Part shown: positions 56,865 to 64,000 of the stretch, piece after piece
Layout: every line of letters begins with the position of its first letter
How positions within the stretch are numbered: position 1 is the stretch's first letter
NCBI GenBank assembly: GCA_050247435.1
Contig: JBFWUF010000008.1
Coordinates: forward strand, 22,704 to 86,703
Reading direction: 5' to 3'
Source of the DNA: Blastocatellales bacterium
GTDB lineage: Bacteria; Acidobacteriota; Blastocatellia; RBC074
DNA: 64,000 bases
Made by a program: the position numbers and the translations under genes
Notes under the pieces: generated by a model
Told to the model about the DNA's origin: nothing
The model's input: only the letters and a program-made list of their open reading frames with translations
Databases searched by the model: none

Positions 56865-58028
56865 CTAAATGCCGTTGATCATATCGCCGGTCACCGCATT
56901 GTAGAGGAGCGTCACACCGTCAGCCAGAACGACTTCGTACACGGTTTCCGTATGACCTTTTATTTGCTTTAGCTCCATTTCCATTACGGTTTGGCTGCGA
57001 CTCGTCTCAGCCTTGCGGATGATCTCCTGGAAGGTCAGCAGCCTGCTTTTCTCCAGCCCGAGCGGAGAGAGGACTGCGAGTTTGTTCGGAGCCTTTGGCT
57101 TCGTTCCCAGGAGCTTGCCTGAGGTAGCCTCAATTTCATACTCGTTGCCCGAAGAGAAGGTCACATCCCAGGTCGTGACCGAACGGGCCGGATCCCATTC
57201 GAGATCAACTTTGAGCACCTCGCCGCTACCGCCTTCGGCCTGTGCGCGCCTGATCGCTTCCACCACGGTGATATATCCCGCCTCGGCTGAAAGCCCTGCG
57301 GTTGTGCGAGCCTGCGGTGTCGAGGCTTTGGCAATCGGCGCTTCCTTCACCTCGTCGTCGTCTTTCTTGGCCTTCGCCAGCTTATCCTCTTTCTTCTTTT
57401 TCTCCTTCGATGAGGACTTGCCCCGATCTTTGTCGTCCGAGGCCGAACGCGCGCTCGAATCTCCTCGATCCGCTCGCGAGCCATAGACGTAAGCGTAAAG
57501 CTCCGGGTGTTCTTCCGGCGTGCCGAAGCCATAGGATTGCTGCTCAGCCCAGGCGCGATCTTTTGCCCAGCCCTGAACGCGCATCCGGTAAAGCGCGGCA
57601 ATGCTGCCGGCGCGATGCTTGCCAGCCGAGCAATGCACGTAGACTGGCTCTTTAGCGTTTTGGATGATCGAGAGAATTGCGCTGACGGCCTTGTCATCGG
57701 GAGTGTCGTGGCCGGTCATCGGGAAATTGAAATACTTGATCCCGTTGCGCTGGCTGACTGCGGGTTCATCGGCGTTCGGGTTATCCCTCAGATCAATGAT
57801 CGTGCGTACGCCCATTGCCGCAAGGCTTTCAATGCCGGTTGGTGTTATGGCCCCGCCGCGAAAGTAGCGCTCCGTCACCCGCCCGAAATTCTTCACGCCT
57901 TCGACCTGCTCGCGCCCGCTCTGCGCGAATGTTGCTGGTGAGGAGAGGACGACGAATGTCAGGAGTGAAAGAATGATCTGCGGCAGCCGCTGGCCGGCGG
58001 TTTTACTCCGGTTGATTAACGCGCTCAT
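56865..58028 (-). CDS. secreted Cys-based phosphatase (CX5R) fused to two C-terminal PepSY-type domains
   Basis: Signal peptide. Catalytic loop [10 protein letters not shown], paralogous to 22987-23598. Lys-rich linker. Two PepSY-like repeats at the C-terminus. Confidence 0.75.
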   Translation of the reverse strand: MSALINRSKTAGQRLPQIILSLLTFVVLSSPATFAQSGREQVEGVKNFGRVTERYFRGGAITPTGIESLAAMGVRTIIDLRDNPNADEPAVSQRNGIKYFNFPMTGHDTPDDKAVSAILSIIQNAKEPVYVHCSAGKHRAGSIAALYRMRVQGWAKDRAWAEQQSYGFGTPEEHPELYAYVYGSRADRGDSSARSASDDKDRGKSSSKEKKKKEDKLAKAKKDDDEVKEAPIAKASTPQARTTAGLSAEAGYITVVEAIRRAQAEGGSGEVLKVDLEWDPARSVTTWDVTFSSGNEYEIEATSGKLLGTKPKAPNKLAVLSPLGLEKSRLLTFQEIIRKAETSRSQTVMEMELKQIKGHTETVYEVVLADGVTLLYNAVTGDMINGI

Positions 58029-58103
58029 AAGTTCTCCTAATATGTTGCCAACTTTACTTGATGATCTCCTGTAAGGAAGCGGCGTGAATCATACTCTGGG
58101 AAA

Positions 58104-58121
58104 GATAAAAAGAAGATTAAT
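58104..58121. promoter_or_regulatory. degenerate response-regulator box (copy 5 of 5) upstream of the phosphatase-RR-HK operon, paralog 2
   Basis: GATAAAAAGAAGATTAAT. 14 of 18 match to the consensus, with 11-bp phasing. About 76 bp upstream of the ATG at 58028 and 3 bp from the IS left inverted repeat. Confidence 0.3.
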
Positions 58122-58123
58122 CG

Positions 58124-59480
58124 CTTTATTATAATACTGTGGACATTTTTCAGTGTGGGGATGAAATGAAACGGGCCGTTTGGCAAACTGAAGGTGTGTT
58201 CCAATACTCCTTCGCTCTCCGCACGACCCGTGACAATTGTCACGGCCACCTTAAATCAGTTGCCTTCGCTCGCCAAGCCGCAGCGCAAATTTCTGGCGGC
58301 TCTGATCGCAACCATTCTGGCTTTGCGAGGGCGGTTGAACTATCGGAATCTGGCTCGCTATGGCACCTACTCCGAGCGCACTTATTCGCGTCAATTTCAG
58401 CGCAGCTTTCCGTGGCTTGAGTATCACGCCAAAGTCATTCAGGCAGCGCTGCCTTCGTCGCACGAACTGATTGCCGCGCAGGACGCTTCCTTCATCCCCA
58501 AGAGAGGCAAGAAGACTTACGGGCTTGATCGCTTTTACAACGGTTGCGCCGGTCGTCCCGAACGCGGCCTGGAGATCAGCGCCCTGGCCGTGGTGGATGT
58601 CACGCAAAAAGGCGCTTATCTGGCCGCCGTGGCTCAGACGCCTGCGGCGCCCGAATTGAAAAAAGAACAGGCCGCTGCGACACGGCTTGATCAGGCCATC
58701 GAGCAGATGCGAGCGGCGCGCCCGCTCTTGCCTGAGGTCGTCAAGTACTTGGCCGCCGACGGCTGGTACGCCAAACAAAAGTACGTGGGCGCGGCCTGCG
58801 CAGAAGGCTTGCACGTGGTGACCAAACTTCGCTCGGATGCCAACATGCGATTTCGCTACACGGGCGAGCGCACCGGCAAACAAGGCCGCCCGAAAACCTA
58901 CGACGGCAAAGTTGACTGGCAGGACTTGAGCCGCTTTGACAAGGTTGATGCGTCGGGACTCGATGCGGAGCAAGAGGTCGAAATCTACACCGCCGAGTTG
59001 TATCACGCGACGATCAAACGCTGGCTGCGAATCGTCGTCTTGGTCTGGTACACGGCTGATGGCAAACGCCATCACGCCATTCTGGCAACGACCGATTTGA
59101 AAGCGACCGCCGTCGATGCGCTGCGGATTTATCAAGCTCGATTTCAAATCGAGTTTTTGCTGCGCGATGGCAAACAACACGCGGGCTTGACCGAATGCCA
59201 GGCTCGGAACAAAGAAGCCTTAGATTTTCACTTCAATGCTTCGTTGGCAACGGTCAGCGCGGCGCGAGCCGCCACCGCCGTGGCTCAGACGAGCGAAAAG
59301 CCGTACGTGTTTTCGTTGGCGACACAAAAACAAATCGCCTTCAATGAACATTTCCTGGCAGAAATTTCTGCCAGGTACGATTACGACCTGAATTGCTGGA
59401 AAAACCACCCAGCATATGAAGAACTCAGAACTTACGGCGCGCTAGCCGCCTAATTTCTGTCTACAGTATTGTTATTAAGA
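58124..59480 (+). mobile_element. IS4-family insertion sequence (~1.36 kb) with imperfect 22-bp terminal inverted repeats
   Basis: Left IR CTTTATTATAATACTGTGGACA (58124-58145). Right IR TGTCTACAGTATTGTTATTAAG (59458-59479), reverse complement. 18 of 22 positions match. A single transposase ORF lies inside. Confidence 0.7.
58194..59453 (+). CDS. DDE transposase, IS4 family
   Basis: C-terminal IS4 signature Y-x2-R-x3-E-x6-K (YQARFQIEFLLRDGK). DDE_Tnp_1-like core. The N-terminal start is uncertain. Confidence 0.8.
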   Translation: MCSNTPSLSARPVTIVTATLNQLPSLAKPQRKFLAALIATILALRGRLNYRNLARYGTYSERTYSRQFQRSFPWLEYHAKVIQAALPSSHELIAAQDASFIPKRGKKTYGLDRFYNGCAGRPERGLEISALAVVDVTQKGAYLAAVAQTPAAPELKKEQAAATRLDQAIEQMRAARPLLPEVVKYLAADGWYAKQKYVGAACAEGLHVVTKLRSDANMRFRYTGERTGKQGRPKTYDGKVDWQDLSRFDKVDASGLDAEQEVEIYTAELYHATIKRWLRIVVLVWYTADGKRHHAILATTDLKATAVDALRIYQARFQIEFLLRDGKQHAGLTECQARNKEALDFHFNASLATVSAARAATAVAQTSEKPYVFSLATQKQIAFNEHFLAEISARYDYDLNCWKNHPAYEELRTYGALAA

Positions 59481-59562
59481 ACCTCTGCTTTATCTGGGCG
59501 CAATTAGTCTGGGAATTTCGATCTTGGCGATGAATGTCGCGACAAAATCGGATTTGTATGGG

Positions 59563-62500
59563 TCAACGCGCCCTGCGATACAGCATTGCATAGACCGTCG
59601 GCGTCACGACGAGCGACAGCAACAGCGCCACTGCCAGCCCGCCAATGACGGCGATGGCGAGCGGCTGCAGCAACTCCGCGCCCGACCCGATCGCCATCGC
59701 TAGCGGCAGCATCCCGAGAATCGCGGCGAGCGAGGTCATCAGCACCGGTCGGAACCGCCGTCGTCCGGAGCGCACCAGCGCCTCGTGCAGCGCGTCGCCC
59801 GACGCGAGGTGCTCTTCCACGGCGTCGAGCATAAGGATGCCATTTTTGGCGACGATTCCAACGACCATGATCATACCCATCATTGAAACCACGTTGAGGG
59901 TCGTGCCAGTCAAAAACAGTCCGAGCAGCACCCCGCCCAGCGCCAGCACCGCCCCGCCGACAATCGCGGTCGGATGCGCGAATGAGCGGAACTCGATGAG
60001 GAGTGTCAGAAACACAAGCGTAATCGCCAGCACGAGCGCCAACGCGAGTTCGGCGAAACTCGCCTGCTGTTCGCGGTACAGCCCGCCGTACTCGACGGTC
60101 ATTCCCGGCGGCAGCTTCACGTCTCTTGCCAGCGCGGTCTTGATTTGCGAGATGGCCGTGCCCAGATCGCTGCCCGACAATCGCGCGGTGACGGCGACCG
60201 ACTGGCGCAGACCATCGCGCTCGATCTCCGTCTGCCCGGCGTCGTATTCGACGTCCGCGAGCTGGTCGAGGCGGAACTGTGAGCCGGCCGTCGCCGACCT
60301 GACCAGTAATCCTCGCAACGTGTCCAGCGAGGCGCGCGACGAGGCGGGCAGAACAACGCGCACTGTAATCAGCCGCCCTTGTTGCAGAATGGCGGAAGCC
60401 GGATCACCCGTCATGGCGGTCGTCACGGTGTTGGCGACATCGGCGGCCGTTACGCCGAAGCGGGCGGCGCGCGGCGGATCAATTTTGAATGTAATGGCCG
60501 GGCCGCTGACGACCACACCGTTGAACGTGTCTACCACGCCCGGGACTTTTTTGATTGCCTCCTCGATCTGACTTGCTGTCCGGTGCAGCGCGACCGCGTC
60601 TTCGCTGAAGAGTTTGATCTCGACCGGCGCGGGCGAACTGGTCAGGTCGCCGATCAAGTCGGAGAGGATGCCGACGAACTCGATCCGCAGCGCCGGTTCT
60701 GATGACTCGATCTTTCCGCGCAGTTCCGCCGTGACATCGTCAGTCGTGCGTTTGTGACCGTGCTTCAGCTTGACGAGAAAATCGCCCGTATTCGGCTCAG
60801 TGATCGAAAGACCGAGTTGCAGCCCTGTGCGGCGCGACCAACTCTCGACCTCCGGCGTCTCCTTCAGGAATTGCTCGACGTGGCGCAGCATTCGGTCGGT
60901 CTCTTCGAGCGACGTGCCCGGCGGCGCGGCGTAATCGAGCACGAATGCGCCCTCGTCGAAAGCCGGTAGAAATTCCGAACCGAGATGGCGATAGAGGAAG
61001 AACGAACCGACTAGCACGCCCGCCGCCAGCAATAACACCAGCCGTGGGCGGTTGAGGGCGACACTCAGCACCTGCTCGTAGCGTCGCACAATCGCCCGGA
61101 GGATCGGGCCGTTTTCTTCTTCTTCCCGCTCACTGCCTTCACTGACGGGATCGCGCCGCCGGGCTTTGACGAATCGCTCCGCCAGCACCGGCGTGAAGGT
61201 CAGCGCCAGCACAAGCGAAGTCAGCAGCGCCACCGTCATCGTCAGCGCCAGTGAACGGAAGAACACGCCCGTTACGCCCGTCAGCAACGTCAGAGGTAAA
61301 AACACCACGACCGGAGTAATCGTCGAGCCGATGATGGGAATGGTAATTTCCGAGATGGCGCGCTCGACGGCTTCGCGCCGCGATTGCCCGCGCGCCAGAT
61401 GGGAGTAGATGTTCTCCACCACGACAATCGCGTCGTCAATCACCAGCCCGATTGCCGCCGCCACTCCGCCCAGCGTCATCAGATCGAACGACAGACCGAC
61501 CAGATACATCGCCAGAAAAGTTGCCAGGACGGTCACCGGAATGACCAGGATGGCCACGAATGTCGTTCCCCAGTTCCGCAGGAAGGCGTACAGAATCACG
61601 ACCGACAGCAGTAAGCCAATCAGGATCGCGTCGCGCACGGATTTCATCGAATCGCGCACGAGCAGCGACTGATCGTAGAAAGGCGCGATCTTCACATCCT
61701 TCGGAAGCTGCGTTTGAATGGCGGCGAGTTCTTTTCTGATCTCGTCCGTGACGGTGACGGTGTTGGCGTCGGGCTGGCGCAGGATGTTGAGCAGTACTGC
61801 CGGACGCCCGTCGGCGGTGACGATGGTGTATTGCGGCTCGACGCCCGCGCCCACAGTGGCGATGTCGGCAATCGTCACGGGCGCGTTGTTGACGGTCGCC
61901 ACGATGATCGAGTTGAGTTGTTCGGGACTGGTCGCCTGCCCGCTGACGAGCGTTAGTTCGAGCTTGTGGTTTTCTTCAATCAAACCGGGCGAAGCGAGGA
62001 TGTTGGAATTGCGCACGCCGTCCGCGACCTGCTGCAAAGACAGCCCGCGCGCCGCCAGCCGCTCCGGGTCAACCGTTACGTAGTACTCGCGCACTTTGCC
62101 TCCGGCGACGGCGACATTGGCCACGCCGGAGAGCCGCGCCAGTCGCGGTCTGATCGTGTACGCCGCCATATCCCGCAAACCCGCCGGGTCGCGTGTTTCC
62201 GATGTCAGGCTGTATCCAGTTACCGGAAAGACCGCGAAGGTCAGCCGATCCACGCGGCGAATCGCGGCGGTCGGCGGCAGGCTCGCGGTCAGTTGCGAAA
62301 GACGCGCCTGCACCAGTTGCAGTGATTGCAGAATGTCTACGCTCCAATTGAAGAACAGATTGATGTCGGCGCTGCCGCGCGCGGTGGTGGATTTGATGCG
62401 GACAATGCCGGGGATGCCGTTCATCGCCTCTTCGATGGGGCGTGTCACCGAGACGAGGATTTGCGGCGCGGGTACAACGCCGTTGTCCACAATGATGACG

Positions 62501-62634
62501 ATGCGAGGAAAGTCCGTCTGGGGAAAGATCGCGGTCGGCAACTGCCATGCGGCATAGATACCAGCAGCGCACAGCAAAACCACTATCACGATCACCGCGC
62601 GTGACTGGCGGGCGATAAGTCGCGCGAGGTTCAC
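59563..62634 (-). CDS. RND efflux permease, HAE1/AcrB-like multidrug type
   Basis: 1023 aa with 12 TM helices and two periplasmic loops. The N-terminus TAIFPQTDFPRIVIIVDNG is AcrB/MdtB-like rather than the CzcA-like VFPEF. Confidence 0.9.
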   Translation of the reverse strand: MNLARLIARQSRAVIVIVVLLCAAGIYAAWQLPTAIFPQTDFPRIVIIVDNGVVPAPQILVSVTRPIEEAMNGIPGIVRIKSTTARGSADINLFFNWSVDILQSLQLVQARLSQLTASLPPTAAIRRVDRLTFAVFPVTGYSLTSETRDPAGLRDMAAYTIRPRLARLSGVANVAVAGGKVREYYVTVDPERLAARGLSLQQVADGVRNSNILASPGLIEENHKLELTLVSGQATSPEQLNSIIVATVNNAPVTIADIATVGAGVEPQYTIVTADGRPAVLLNILRQPDANTVTVTDEIRKELAAIQTQLPKDVKIAPFYDQSLLVRDSMKSVRDAILIGLLLSVVILYAFLRNWGTTFVAILVIPVTVLATFLAMYLVGLSFDLMTLGGVAAAIGLVIDDAIVVVENIYSHLARGQSRREAVERAISEITIPIIGSTITPVVVFLPLTLLTGVTGVFFRSLALTMTVALLTSLVLALTFTPVLAERFVKARRRDPVSEGSEREEEENGPILRAIVRRYEQVLSVALNRPRLVLLLAAGVLVGSFFLYRHLGSEFLPAFDEGAFVLDYAAPPGTSLEETDRMLRHVEQFLKETPEVESWSRRTGLQLGLSITEPNTGDFLVKLKHGHKRTTDDVTAELRGKIESSEPALRIEFVGILSDLIGDLTSSPAPVEIKLFSEDAVALHRTASQIEEAIKKVPGVVDTFNGVVVSGPAITFKIDPPRAARFGVTAADVANTVTTAMTGDPASAILQQGRLITVRVVLPASSRASLDTLRGLLVRSATAGSQFRLDQLADVEYDAGQTEIERDGLRQSVAVTARLSGSDLGTAISQIKTALARDVKLPPGMTVEYGGLYREQQASFAELALALVLAITLVFLTLLIEFRSFAHPTAIVGGAVLALGGVLLGLFLTGTTLNVVSMMGMIMVVGIVAKNGILMLDAVEEHLASGDALHEALVRSGRRRFRPVLMTSLAAILGMLPLAMAIGSGAELLQPLAIAVIGGLAVALLLSLVVTPTVYAMLYRRAR

Positions 62635-63998
62635 GGTGTCTTCCCTCCGGCCTCACCTGTCGCTTCGCCTTTGGATTTGGCAACCTGCACTTTAGTGCCA
62701 TCGGGCAAAGCATAATTGCCTTCGATAATGACGGTCTCGCCCGGCTGCACGCCTGAAACAATCTGAATCAACTCAGTTGTGCGGATGCCCGTCGTCACTT
62801 TGACTTCGCGCGCAACCGAATCCTTGCCAACCGTCATGACCGTTCCCTGATCGGAGTTGCTGGCGTCAAGGGTGACGGCAGTAGTCGGCACAACGACGGC
62901 GTCCATTTCCTGTTTGCGCGTGACGATCGTGCGGACGGCGTCGCCCGCGCGTAATCGCCCGCCAGGGTTTTTCAAGCTGATCCAGACCTCGACCGTGCGA
63001 TTGAGTGGATCGTTGGCGCGGCTGACGAGCGAGACGGTTCCCGTCATCTGCTCGCCCTGCACATCCTGCGGCTCGATCATCGCCGTGTCGCCTTTGTCGA
63101 GTTCGATGATGACGTTGTCGGCGAACTGCGCTTTGACGATGACTTCGCTCAGGTCGGCGATGGTCACGAGCTTCGCGCCCGGCATGGCGAATTCTCCTTC
63201 GTAAGTGAACTGCTCCGTGATGATGCCGGAAATGGGCGCGCGGATGGTGGCGTAACCTAACTGCGCGTCGAGCGCCGCCAGTCGTTGTCTGGCTTGCTCG
63301 ATCTGTACTGTCGCCAAAGCCACCTGATTCGGCGAGATAGACAAAGCCCGGAGCCTGGCATTGTTCTCCGAAAGCCGTAGTTCGTCTTCGGCCAGCGTCA
63401 GCGCCAGTCTCGCCGCTTCGAGGTCTTTTTCGGCGATCCCGCCTTTGGTGTAAAGCTCGCGGCGTCGTTCATACTGCGCGCGAGCGGTCGTGACATTGGC
63501 GCGCGCATCGCGCAAGGTTTTCTCTTCCTGCGCGCCGGCCTGCGGAATGGTTCCGGTTTTCAAGCCTTCCAGATTGAGCGTCGCTTGTCGGAGAGCGTGC
63601 TCGGCTTCAGCACGCTGCGCCTGCAAATCGTGCGATTCGAGAACGGCAATGACATCGCCGGCCTTCACCATACGATTTTTCAAGAGCGCCATTTGTTTGA
63701 TCTGCGAACTGATTTTCGCGCTGACAGTCGCCTGCTCGCGCGGGAAAACCGTGCCAAGCGCGGCAGCTTGAGCCGCAATCGTTTTGCGCTCCACCTTGGC
63801 CACCCGCACGCTCACCGCCACCGCTGTTTCCGCAGCCTGGTCAACGGTCTGTGGTCCACTCCAGAACCACCACGCCGCAAACGCTGCCGCAAACAGCGCG
63901 CCGGCGAAGCTCGCCCATTTCCACGCCTTTTGTGGGCGGACTACGCGCGGCAGCCCGTTGTCGGCATTCTCCTGATTCCGCTCCGGCTTATGATCCAT
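62631..63998 (-). CDS. RND efflux periplasmic adaptor (HlyD/AcrA-like)
   Basis: 455 aa with a TM anchor, a long coiled-coil hairpin and beta-barrel domains. Overlaps the RND permease start. Confidence 0.85.
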   Translation of the reverse strand: MDHKPERNQENADNGLPRVVRPQKAWKWASFAGALFAAAFAAWWFWSGPQTVDQAAETAVAVSVRVAKVERKTIAAQAAALGTVFPREQATVSAKISSQIKQMALLKNRMVKAGDVIAVLESHDLQAQRAEAEHALRQATLNLEGLKTGTIPQAGAQEEKTLRDARANVTTARAQYERRRELYTKGGIAEKDLEAARLALTLAEDELRLSENNARLRALSISPNQVALATVQIEQARQRLAALDAQLGYATIRAPISGIITEQFTYEGEFAMPGAKLVTIADLSEVIVKAQFADNVIIELDKGDTAMIEPQDVQGEQMTGTVSLVSRANDPLNRTVEVWISLKNPGGRLRAGDAVRTIVTRKQEMDAVVVPTTAVTLDASNSDQGTVMTVGKDSVAREVKVTTGIRTTELIQIVSGVQPGETVIIEGNYALPDGTKVQVAKSKGEATGEAGGKTP

Positions 63999-64000
63999 GC

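Noticed and set aside
58130-59480. Clean target-site duplication flanking the IS
   Set aside because: GCTTTAT occurs near both ends, but on the right side it is 8 nt beyond the inverted repeat. The exact termini and any TSD cannot be fixed from one copy.

Overview
High-GC bacterial window, Acidobacteria-like by gene content. It contains four blocks. (1) Positions 1-8023 are the transfer-proximal part of a mobilizable/conjugative element: ssb, a DUF4326 protein, a hairpin that may be oriT, a ribbon-helix-helix-like gene, a MOBP/Q-type relaxase with a long C-terminal extension, and a 916-aa uncharacterized partner. No T4SS, integrase or tRNA is visible. (2) Positions 8006-16663 hold a small ORF-tatA-giant fusion (GH18-like + CE4 deacetylase + GT2, PNAG-synthase-like) operon, BON and DUF421 proteins, a solo Cas4-like Fe-S nuclease, and mntH followed by an outer-membrane-like protein. 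(3) Positions 16744-29133 and 43493-63998 form a metal-efflux island with three CzcA-type HME-RND pumps (two with CzcB, one with CzcCB), one AcrB-like RND pump with its adaptor, and a BlaI repressor paired with a sensor-less M56 BlaR1-like protease. The island also carries two paralogous copies of a module: a secreted CX5R Cys-phosphatase, PepSY domains, and an OmpR/HK two-component system. The phosphatase and PepSY protein are separate in copy 1 and fused in copy 2. Copy 2 carries an IS4-family insertion sequence at its promoter. A lysyl-PG-type lipid operon (VirJ-like hydrolase, flippase-like TM protein, small TM protein, VirJ-like hydrolase) lies at 26252-29133. (4) Positions 29335-43207 hold a rhomboid protease, BON and DUF4136 envelope proteins, two PP2C phosphatases, a short MprF-like protein, a hybrid HK, a sigma-54 activator and a secreted metallophosphoesterase-PepSY fusion. 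Two sequence-level regulatory signals are proposed. One is a five-fold recurring GATAAAC-N4-GATAAAC box, with 11-bp phasing, that links the phosphatase/TCS/czc genes and the metallophosphoesterase into one candidate regulon. The other is two good sigma-54 -24/-12 promoters next to the sigma-54 activator cluster. All calls come from reading the sequence and ORF translations; no database searches were run.
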